From positions 4,132-35,701 of the forward strand of contig JAJOKQ010000136.1 of the NCBI GenBank assembly GCA_021129785.1: a stretch of 31,570 bases of DNA. Direction: 5' to 3'. Position numbers and translations under genes: made by a program. The notes under the pieces are model-generated. The model was not told the origin of the DNA. It was given only the letters and a program-made list of their open reading frames with translations, and made no database searches. Positions 17,987-26,659 of this stretch are shown one piece after another. The DNA comes from Clostridiales bacterium. Lineage in GTDB: Bacteria; Bacillota; Clostridia; Peptostreptococcales; NVVX01. The first letter of the stretch is position 1, and each line of letters starts with the position of its first letter.

Positions 17987-18571
17987 ATGCATAGATTAGA
18001 AGCGAGACTGAATCTGTTAGAAGAAAAAATTAAACAGCCAAACTTTCGACAAAACAAAGGTCTTGGGAATGAAGTTGGTTATTATGTGTTTGATTACCCT
18101 GCTGAACAAGAACTTATTGTAAGAGAAAGGGTAGGGTATTTAAAGAATAAATTTGAAAATAGTATGTATGATTTCAAAATAGTTGTTTTTGATCTTTACG
18201 ATATAATTATTGACTTATTGATACAAGAAGGTTTTTTAGAGATCTGTGAAGAGTTTGAAAAGACAAAGGGACTCAAAGAAATAACTAGAGCAGTCAATGA
18301 AATGCTTCGTATGGAAGAGGATAACCAAAGCAATGAAGTATTAGCTCATATTAAGAACAATACGCCTAAAGATGCCATTGTTTTTTTAACGGGTGTAGGA
18401 AAGTGCTTCCCGATTTTGAGATCACATAAAATATTGAACAACCTGCACCAGTTTGTTGATGATGTACCGGTGGTCATGTTCTTTCCGGGTAATTATGATG
18501 GGCAGTCACTTATGCTTTTTTCTGAAATTAAAGACGATAACTACTATAGAGCTTTTAAGATTGTAGATTGA
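17987..18571 (+). CDS. brxB: BREX protein BrxB (DUF1788)
   Basis: GLGNEVGYYVFDYP, FLTGVGKCFPILRSHKILNNL, VVMFFPGNYDGQSL and NYYRAF. It directly abuts the brxA stop. Confidence 0.92.
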   Translation: MHRLEARLNLLEEKIKQPNFRQNKGLGNEVGYYVFDYPAEQELIVRERVGYLKNKFENSMYDFKIVVFDLYDIIIDLLIQEGFLEICEEFEKTKGLKEITRAVNEMLRMEEDNQSNEVLAHIKNNTPKDAIVFLTGVGKCFPILRSHKILNNLHQFVDDVPVVMFFPGNYDGQSLMLFSEIKDDNYYRAFKIVD

Positions 18572-18600
18572 GAGTTTGAGAGATTGAGAGGTTGAGTAAA

Positions 18601-21600
18601 ATGATTGTAAAAAATATGTTTGCAAAAGACATTGACAGAGATATTAAAGGCGTTATTAAAGTCGGTCAAGGTGATGATGAAAATGTAAAACAGGAACTTG
18701 AAGAATATGTTGTAACACGAGAGTTGCAGAAGTATTTTGCTGACTTCTTTTCCAGTTATAAAAAGGGTATTGTGGGGAACACAGATAAAATGGGGGTATG
18801 GATTTCCGGCTTCTTTGGAAGTGGTAAATCTCACTTCTTAAAAATTCTGTCATACTTATTAGAAAATCGTGTTGTCGATGGCAAATCGGCTATTGATTAT
18901 TTTATTGATGATAAAAAAATCAAAGATGAAATGGTTTTAGCTGATATGAAATTAGCAGGTAATACATCTAATGATGTAATCTTGTTTAATATTGATTCTA
19001 AAAGTGGCATGGGAGACACTCAAAATAATAAAGAAGCGATTCTTTCAGTTTTTCTTAAGGTTTTTAACCAACATCTAGGCTATTATGGAGCTAATCCATT
19101 TCTTGCAGATTTAGAGAGACACCTATCAGAGGAAGGTAAATATGAAAGTTTCAAACAAACTTTTGCTGAAATCAGAGGTAAAGAGTGGGTTGATTCTAGA
19201 CACCAATTTAGATTTATTCAAGATCATGTATGTAAGGCTTTGGTCCAAATAGATTATATGAGTATGGAAGCAGCAAAAAACTGGTGTGAAAGTTCAACCG
19301 GTGTCTATAATATTGACGTTACTACATTTGCGAATATGGTAAAAGAATACGTTGATAAAAAAGGGAATAATCATCATGTTGTTTTTCTAGTTGATGAAAT
19401 TGGTCAATATATTGGTGAAGACTCTAAGTTAATGTTAAATCTTCAGACAGTCATAGAAGATTTAGGTTCAGCATGTAGAGGCAAGGCTTGGGTCGCTGTA
19501 ACAAGTCAACAAGACATAGATAGTATCACAAAGACTAAGGGAAATGATTTTTCGAAAATCCAAGGCCGTTTTGATACAAGACTGTCCCTGTCATCTGCAA
19601 ATGTGGATGAAGTTATTAGAAAAAGAATACTCGAAAAATCAGAAGCAGGCAGACAAACATTAGGATTACTTTATGACGAGAAAGATACGATTATAAAGAA
19701 TCTTATTCTATTTAATGATGGCATCGAGAAGAAGTTATATTCAGACAGAGGTAATTTTGCTGCCATTTATCCATTTGTTCCATATCAGTTTAACTTGCTT
19801 GCTAGTGTTTTAACATCTATTAGAACTCATGGTGCCAGTGGTAAGCATTTGGCAGAAGGTGAGCGTTCTATGCTTGCCCTCTTTAAAGAATCTGCAATGA
19901 AAATAATGGAAAAATCTGAAGGTGCAATCGTACCCTTTAATCTTTTTTACGATGCACTTGAACAGTTTTTGGATCACAGCCATAAGGGTGTGATTATTCG
20001 TGCTTATGATAATGATTACTTGAATCCTGAAAAAGCAGATGAGTGTTTTGATGTCAATGTATTAAAAACACTCTTTATGATTAAATACGTTAAAGAGATT
20101 GTTGCAAACGTAGAAAATATAACCAGTTTAATGGTTTCTAATATAGATGATGATAGAATAGCTCTTAAAGATAAGGTTGAACAAGCTTTAAAGCGACTAA
20201 CAAGGCAAACTCTAATTCAAAAAACAGGCGATATTTATGTTTTTCTTACTGATGAAGAACAGGAAATAAACAGAGAAATAGAAAGTCAGAATGTAGAAAT
20301 TTCAGAGGTCATCGGCAAAGTCTCTGAACTAATTTTTGATGGTGTGTATGAGAATAAAAGCTATCGTTATCCTGCCTTTAATGGACGTTATACCTTTAGC
20401 TTCAATCAGGTTGTAGATGATCGTCCCTATAAAGCCAATCAGAAATTTGATATAACTTTAAAAATATTAACACCTAATTATGATTCAGGCATGGATGAAA
20501 CAACCCTTCGAATGATGAGTGGGCAAAATAGATATGTCATTGTTGCATTGCCAGATGATAAGGCTTTTATTGATGAAATTCGTTCAGCATTAAAAATAGA
20601 AAAGTATTTGAGATTAAATACTGCAAATATAGTTACTAAGTATGAGCAAATTAAAGAAGCGAAACGAGTTGAAATGAGAGAAAGAAATTCTAACGCTCGT
20701 ATTTTCCTTGAAGAATCACTAAAGAATGCAGATATATATACAAATGGAGATATGATTCAGAGTAATTCTAAGGATATTTCTTCTCGTATTAATGATGCCC
20801 TTGGAAAATTGGTTAATACAGTTTACCATAAAATTTCGTATATTAATGCGCCAATGAATGAATCACATGTAAAGGCAATACTAAAGGGGACAAACAATAG
20901 CCAGATTTCATTGGAAGGTGTAGATCAATTACCAAATAAGCTTGCGCTTAACGATGTATTAGACTTTGTTAGTTTAAATACTCAAAGGCACGCTAAAACA
21001 TCTATGAAGTCTATTATGGACCGTTTTACCAAGGCGCCATATGGATTTGTGGAAGATGATGTACAGTGGTTAGTGGCTAAGTTATTTAAAGATGGCGATG
21101 TTGCCTTTTTTGTAAATAATGAAGTGGTAACTTTATTAACTAAATCGGAAGATGAAATATTCCGCTACTTAAGCCGTAAAGAATATCTTGAAAAGCTATT
21201 GATTGAAAAAAGACAAAAGGCAAATGATAAGCAAAAAAAGGCTGTTAGAGAAGTCATGAAAGAGCTGTTTAATATCACACCTGTGAGTGATGAAGATGAC
21301 TCCATATTAAAGAGCTTCCAGCAGTATGCAGAAAACTTGAAGAATGACTTAGAAAAACTAGAAATACACTATAAAAATGAGCCAAGCTACCCGGGCAAAA
21401 ATATTGTAAAGGACGGGAAATGCTTATTAATCAATTTGTTGGAAATCAAATATTCAGCAGAATTTTTTAAGACTGTTGATGAAAAGCTTGAAGATTTACT
21501 GGATTTTGCAGAAGATTATGAACCGGTTAAGGATTTCTTTGATGGTGAACAAATTAAGATTTGGAATAAAAGTCTACGCTTGATGAACATATATGATGAT

Positions 21601-22242
21601 AGTAAGACATTTATTGTTAATCGTGATATAGAAATGACAGTGAATGAAATTAATTCAATCATGAAAAAATCTTCTCCATATAGTGACATTAGAAGAATTC
21701 CGGAACTATTAGAGCGTTATATGGATCTGTATAATACCATGCTAGACGAAATGGAAAAGCCTGTGTCAGCTGCTATTAAAGATGCCAGAGCACGTGTAAT
21801 TAACGAACTTGAAGGCAAAGAATGTAAAGAAAAATTAGAGAAGACCATTAATCAACGGTTTGCTGAGATACAAGAGAAGGCTGAAACATGTAATAATGTT
21901 GCTGTTTTACAAAATATTAAAGTTGAAGCTGATGCATTAAAAGTGCGCATGTTAAATGAGATTAATGCTGAAGAAGCACGTATTATTGCTTCAAAACAGA
22001 TACCGTCATGTCAAGTAGCTGGGTCTAATCAAGGGACTGTACCTGATCAAGTCAAGGAAGAGAAGGAAGCATTCCCGAAAGTTAAGATGAAACAGCAAAG
22101 AACGGTAAGTATTAAATCAATTAATTCAGAAGCTACGTGGAGAATTGAATCAGAAGCAGATGTAGAAAGATATATTGAAGAGCTAAAGGCAAAACTTAAA
22201 CAACATGTCAAAGAAGATATGATTTTAAATATTGAGTTTTAG
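18601..22242 (+). CDS. brxC: BREX P-loop ATPase BrxC
   Basis: Walker A WISGFFGSGKSH, Walker B VVFLVDEIGQY, VTSQQ, YPFVPYQF and GERSML. About 1213 aa. Start placed at ATG 18601 (ORF track uses TTG 18592). Confidence 0.95.
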   Translation: MIVKNMFAKDIDRDIKGVIKVGQGDDENVKQELEEYVVTRELQKYFADFFSSYKKGIVGNTDKMGVWISGFFGSGKSHFLKILSYLLENRVVDGKSAIDYFIDDKKIKDEMVLADMKLAGNTSNDVILFNIDSKSGMGDTQNNKEAILSVFLKVFNQHLGYYGANPFLADLERHLSEEGKYESFKQTFAEIRGKEWVDSRHQFRFIQDHVCKALVQIDYMSMEAAKNWCESSTGVYNIDVTTFANMVKEYVDKKGNNHHVVFLVDEIGQYIGEDSKLMLNLQTVIEDLGSACRGKAWVAVTSQQDIDSITKTKGNDFSKIQGRFDTRLSLSSANVDEVIRKRILEKSEAGRQTLGLLYDEKDTIIKNLILFNDGIEKKLYSDRGNFAAIYPFVPYQFNLLASVLTSIRTHGASGKHLAEGERSMLALFKESAMKIMEKSEGAIVPFNLFYDALEQFLDHSHKGVIIRAYDNDYLNPEKADECFDVNVLKTLFMIKYVKEIVANVENITSLMVSNIDDDRIALKDKVEQALKRLTRQTLIQKTGDIYVFLTDEEQEINREIESQNVEISEVIGKVSELIFDGVYENKSYRYPAFNGRYTFSFNQVVDDRPYKANQKFDITLKILTPNYDSGMDETTLRMMSGQNRYVIVALPDDKAFIDEIRSALKIEKYLRLNTANIVTKYEQIKEAKRVEMRERNSNARIFLEESLKNADIYTNGDMIQSNSKDISSRINDALGKLVNTVYHKISYINAPMNESHVKAILKGTNNSQISLEGVDQLPNKLALNDVLDFVSLNTQRHAKTSMKSIMDRFTKAPYGFVEDDVQWLVAKLFKDGDVAFFVNNEVVTLLTKSEDEIFRYLSRKEYLEKLLIEKRQKANDKQKKAVREVMKELFNITPVSDEDDSILKSFQQYAENLKNDLEKLEIHYKNEPSYPGKNIVKDGKCLLINLLEIKYSAEFFKTVDEKLEDLLDFAEDYEPVKDFFDGEQIKIWNKSLRLMNIYDDSKTFIVNRDIEMTVNEINSIMKKSSPYSDIRRIPELLERYMDLYNTMLDEMEKPVSAAIKDARARVINELEGKECKEKLEKTINQRFAEIQEKAETCNNVAVLQNIKVEADALKVRMLNEINAEEARIIASKQIPSCQVAGSNQGTVPDQVKEEKEAFPKVKMKQQRTVSIKSINSEATWRIESEADVERYIEELKAKLKQHVKEDMILNIEF

Positions 22243-22258
22243 TGGGAGGATGCATTTA

Positions 22259-23127
22259 ATGAATAAGATTGATATTGTTGAAAGTTATATAAATAGATGC
22301 ACCGAAGAGCATACTATGGAGTCTGCTAAGAAATTGGTAAATAATATTTTAGGCGTATTTTCAAATTATATTGATGGAATAACTTTAAATTTGGATCTAT
22401 TTGATTATAGTCGTATAAGTAGTTTAAGAACTGTAGATTATATTGGAGATGTATCATTACTTAAAGAAAACTTGAATTTTACAAGGCATCTTTGACTGAA
22501 ACAGAAAAGAAGAATGACCTTTTTTGGGATTTTAAAGAAATGTTTGAACAAGATCTGAAAAATCTGCAATCTGCAAAGTCATATATAAATAATAGTGAGA
22601 CACCTGAAATTGCGAAGCAACAGTTATATAAAGAGATAACAGCTAAATACCATAATATAATACCGAATTTAGGGTCAGGGTTATATCAATATTTTGCTGA
22701 ACAGGGATTTTATGATGAAGTTTCAGGCGATTCTTTAAGTCACAATTTAGATCAAATTTACCATAAATTAATTGCATTCAAAACAATTGGATTTCCTGGT
22801 GTAATTAAAGAAACGACAACGCCACTTCAGCAACTTATTATAAGCAACAATAGTACAGCTAATACCAATGCAACCGTTACAATATCAATTTCCAATACGA
22901 TTGAATTAATTAACCAAATGCCACCTGATATATTGTCTGATAAAGAAAAAGAAGAATTGGAAGAAAAATTATCAGCTATAGAACTCGCTAAAACAAGTGG
23001 AAATAAAGAAAAGTTAGCGGGGAAAGTTGGGAATGTTCTTAAATACATTGCTGACAAAGGAATCGAAGTAGGTATTGTTGTACTGCCTTATTTAGGTAAA
23101 ATATCAAAATTCATTCAATCACTGTAG
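22259..23127 (+). pseudogene. Unknown ~289-aa accessory gene within BREX, split by an apparent 1-bp deletion (or two coupled ORFs)
   Basis: RBS GGGAGG before ATG 22259. Adding one A to the run at 22467-22470 gives a continuous ...LLKEKLEFYKASLTETEKKND... The second frame opens right after TAA 22462-22464. Confidence 0.65.
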
Positions 23128-23142
23128 TTTAGGAGGCACACG

Positions 23143-26100
23143 ATGAACAAGACAGCAATTAAAAACTTTGCCATATGGGCAAGACGCAAACTAATTAGTG
23201 ACATAATATACAAAGCTAGACTTTTAGGTATTAATGAAAATGGAATTTCTGAACCATTACCTATTTCTACAGATAATATCCAGTTCTTTGACATTGGTAC
23301 TGGAAAGCCTACCGAAATAGCCAATGATGAAATTAAGCAGCGAAAAGCACTTGTCGCACGTATAAAAGAAAAGGAAAGTACATCTGATTATAAAACCGCT
23401 TATAAATATGTTGTGGAGGAAGTAGCCTATACATGGTTTAATAGGCTGATCGCTATACGATTTATGGAAGTCAATGACTATCTACCTTCACGTGTACGTG
23501 TACTTTCTAGCCATATTCAAGGTAAGTCTGAACCGGATATCGTTACAACACCATTTGAAACAGATATGGATTTCACGGCTTATGAACAAGATAGAATCAT
23601 GCAGTTAAAAGATGAAAATAAATTGGATGAATTATGCCGCATGCTCTTTATTAAGCAATGTAATAAGTTAAATGAAGTACTACCGGGATTATTTGAGAAG
23701 ACATCTGATCACACAGAACTGTTATTAAACATCTCGTTTACTGATCAAGAAGGCATCATAAATCATTTGATTAATGATATTGCAGAAGAGGATTTTACAG
23801 AAGCTGTTGAGATTATCGGATGGTTGTATCAGTATTATAACGAAGAACGTAAAAATGAAGTTATCAATATATATAAAGGAATGGTAAAGAAAGAAGATAT
23901 ACCAGCTGCAACACAACTATTTACTACTGATTGGGTTGTGCGCTATATGGTAGATAATTCATTAGGTAGATATTGGATTGAACGAAATCCACAGAGCAAA
24001 TTACAAGAAAAGCTTGAATACTTTGTAACACCAAAGAGTGGACAAATTCAATATTTGAATGAAAAAGTATCACTGGAAGAACTTACATTTTTTGACCCAT
24101 GTATGGGAAGTGGTCACATTCTTGTATATGCTTTTGATGTGCTTATGGAAATATACAGAGAGTGTGGATATTTGGATAGAGATGCAGCAAGTGAAATTGT
24201 TGAAAAGAATATATTTGGATTAGATATTGATGACCGGGCTTATCAGCTAGCATACTTTGCGGTTATGATGAAAGCTAGAAGTTATGATAGGAGGTTTTTG
24301 ACAAGAGATGTAATTCCAAAAGTCTACCCAATATATGATTATACTGATATATCTAAGACTGATCATGAAGAGTTACAATACCTTATTGATGAGTTCAAAA
24401 ATGCAAAACAGTATGGCTCGCTTCTAAATCTGAAATCAGATATAGACTTAGTTTCTGTAAAGGATTATTTAGAGCAAATACAAGGACAACTTAGTCTTGA
24501 TACAGTTAATTTAACTAAAATAGAAAATTTGATTTTGGTAGCAGAGGTGTTGATAAATAAATATACTGTTGCTTGTACTAATCCGCCTTATTTGAACAAA
24601 ATGAATCGTGAATTAAAAAGTTATATTAATAAACATTACAAAAAATACTCAAGTGATTTATTTTCAGTATTTATGTACAAGAATTTTGATTATTGTAAAG
24701 CAAATGGATATAGTGCTTTTATGACTCCTTTTGTATGGATGTTTATAAAAACATATGAAAAATTAAGAGAATATATTATTGAAGAAAAATCTATAACAAC
24801 ACTAATTCAAATGGAATATTCAGCTTTTGAAGAAGCAACAGTACCTATTTGCACTTTTGTTTTAAAGAATGGAAGCGAAAAGGAAAAAGGTCTATATATA
24901 AAATTATCTGATTTTAAAGGTGGAATGCAAGTACAAAAGAATAAAGTACTAGAAGCGATTTATGATGAAAGTTGTAATTATTTCCATGAAACTAGTGAAA
25001 GTAATTTTTCGAGTATACCTGGTAAACCTATTGCATATTGGATTCAACCTGGAATACAAAATGTTTTTTCTAATGGAATTATGCTAGATGAAATATCTGA
25101 GATTGTAACGGGTATGGTGACAGGAAATAATAGTAAATATTTAAGAGCTTGGACAGAAATTGATTTTTCGAAAATAGCACTTTATAATTCTGATATTGAT
25201 AACATTGAAATATCTAAACAGTATTGGATTCCATATAATAAAGGTGGTAAAGCTCGTAAGTGGTATGGAAATAATGAGTATGTCGTAAAGTGGAGTGAAT
25301 CTGAGAATTTTAAAAGTGCTAGGCCCACTTTTAAACATCTGTATTTAAAAGAAGGATTGACATGGTCATTTGTAACTTCTGGTATGTTTAATGCAAGATA
25401 TTATCCTGAAGGTTTTTTATGGGATACGGCGGGCTCTCCATGTGTAATTCATGATAAGAAAAAACTTTATTATGTTCTTGGATATCTGTCTACAAAGATT
25501 GCAGATACGATCTTAAAGATAATTAACCCTACAATTAATTGTCAAGCAATTGATATTAAAAGATTACCAATTATTTTGAATAATGATTTAGAAGATATAG
25601 TGTACAGAATTGTTGAAAATTCAATTGATATTTCAAAAGTAGATTGGGATTCTTTTGAAATATCTTGGGATTATAAAAAGCATCCATTAATAAATGGATT
25701 AGACATAAAATCTGCATATAATAAATGGGAAGAGGATTGTTTAGAGAGATTCAACCATTTAAAAATTAATGAGGAAGAATTAAGCAAAATATTCATAGAA
25801 GTATTTGATTTAAAAAATGAAATGAACTCAATAATCAGTGATAAAGAAGTTACAATTAAGAAATCAGATTTAAAAAGAGAGATTAAAAGTTTTATTTCAT
25901 ATGCTGTAGGATGTATATTTGGTCGCTACTCTCTTGATAATGATGGTATAGCATATGCAGGAGGACAGTGGGATTCGAGTAAGTATAGTTCTTTTATTCC
26001 TGATAAAGATAATTGCATTCCAATAACAGATGAAGAATATCTTGAAGATGATATTGTTGGTCGTTTTGTTGAGTTTGTAAAAGTGGTTTATGGTAAAGAA

Positions 26101-26607
26101 ACACTTGAAGAAAACCTTGATTTTATTGCAAAAGCATTAGGAGGTAAGGGAGATTCTTCAAGGGAAGTTATAAGAAACTATTTTATCAAAGACTTCTTTA
26201 AAGATCATGTAAAAACCTACAAAAAACGACCTATTTATTGGCTATATGATAGTGGCAAACAAAATGGTTTAAAAGCACTTATTTACATGCATCGCTACAC
26301 AGCAGATTCAACGGGAATAGTCCGTGTTGATTATCTTCATAAGATGCAAAAAATCTATATGAGGGAGATTGATCGTATGCAAGATATGATTGAGAATAGT
26401 TCGCATGCTAGGGATGTAGCACAGGCTGAGAAGCGAAAGGAAAAGCTGATAAAGCAATTAAAAGAGACAAAAGAGTATGACGAGAAAATCGCTCATATTG
26501 CTCTTAGCCGTATTGATATTGACCTTGATGATGGTGTAAAGGTTAATTATGATAAAGCTCAAACAGCACAAGATGGTAAGAAATTAGATATATTAGCAAA
26601 AATATAA
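23143..26607 (+). CDS. pglX: BREX-1 adenine-specific DNA methyltransferase PglX
   Basis: MNKTAIKNFAIWAR start, YTWFNRLIAIRFME, TQLFT, SAM-binding FDPCMGSGH, catalytic NPPY, and C-terminal KKRPIYW / DLDDGVKVNY. Confidence 0.95.
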   Translation: MNKTAIKNFAIWARRKLISDIIYKARLLGINENGISEPLPISTDNIQFFDIGTGKPTEIANDEIKQRKALVARIKEKESTSDYKTAYKYVVEEVAYTWFNRLIAIRFMEVNDYLPSRVRVLSSHIQGKSEPDIVTTPFETDMDFTAYEQDRIMQLKDENKLDELCRMLFIKQCNKLNEVLPGLFEKTSDHTELLLNISFTDQEGIINHLINDIAEEDFTEAVEIIGWLYQYYNEERKNEVINIYKGMVKKEDIPAATQLFTTDWVVRYMVDNSLGRYWIERNPQSKLQEKLEYFVTPKSGQIQYLNEKVSLEELTFFDPCMGSGHILVYAFDVLMEIYRECGYLDRDAASEIVEKNIFGLDIDDRAYQLAYFAVMMKARSYDRRFLTRDVIPKVYPIYDYTDISKTDHEELQYLIDEFKNAKQYGSLLNLKSDIDLVSVKDYLEQIQGQLSLDTVNLTKIENLILVAEVLINKYTVACTNPPYLNKMNRELKSYINKHYKKYSSDLFSVFMYKNFDYCKANGYSAFMTPFVWMFIKTYEKLREYIIEEKSITTLIQMEYSAFEEATVPICTFVLKNGSEKEKGLYIKLSDFKGGMQVQKNKVLEAIYDESCNYFHETSESNFSSIPGKPIAYWIQPGIQNVFSNGIMLDEISEIVTGMVTGNNSKYLRAWTEIDFSKIALYNSDIDNIEISKQYWIPYNKGGKARKWYGNNEYVVKWSESENFKSARPTFKHLYLKEGLTWSFVTSGMFNARYYPEGFLWDTAGSPCVIHDKKKLYYVLGYLSTKIADTILKIINPTINCQAIDIKRLPIILNNDLEDIVYRIVENSIDISKVDWDSFEISWDYKKHPLINGLDIKSAYNKWEEDCLERFNHLKINEEELSKIFIEVFDLKNEMNSIISDKEVTIKKSDLKREIKSFISYAVGCIFGRYSLDNDGIAYAGGQWDSSKYSSFIPDKDNCIPITDEEYLEDDIVGRFVEFVKVVYGKETLEENLDFIAKALGGKGDSSREVIRNYFIKDFFKDHVKTYKKRPIYWLYDSGKQNGLKALIYMHRYTADSTGIVRVDYLHKMQKIYMREIDRMQDMIENSSHARDVAQAEKRKEKLIKQLKETKEYDEKIAHIALSRIDIDLDDGVKVNYDKAQTAQDGKKLDILAKI

Positions 26608-26659
26608 TGGGTAAATCCCATGGACTTTATAGCAATAGAAGGATGTAGGCGGTGAAATA

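Noticed and set aside
22455-22495. Programmed -1 ribosomal frameshift in the BREX insert
   Set aside because: No canonical X_XXY_YYZ slippery heptamer in frame. A deletion, a sequencing error or TTGA coupling is more parsimonious.
23143-26607. Phase-variable pglX shuffling (duplicate partial pglX plus recombinase, as in some lactic acid bacteria)
   Set aside because: There is only one pglX copy and no recombinase or inverted repeats within the window.
26607-26621. Hairpin ATGGG/CCCAT after pglX as a terminator
   Set aside because: The stem is only 5 bp with no U-tract, so it is too weak to call.
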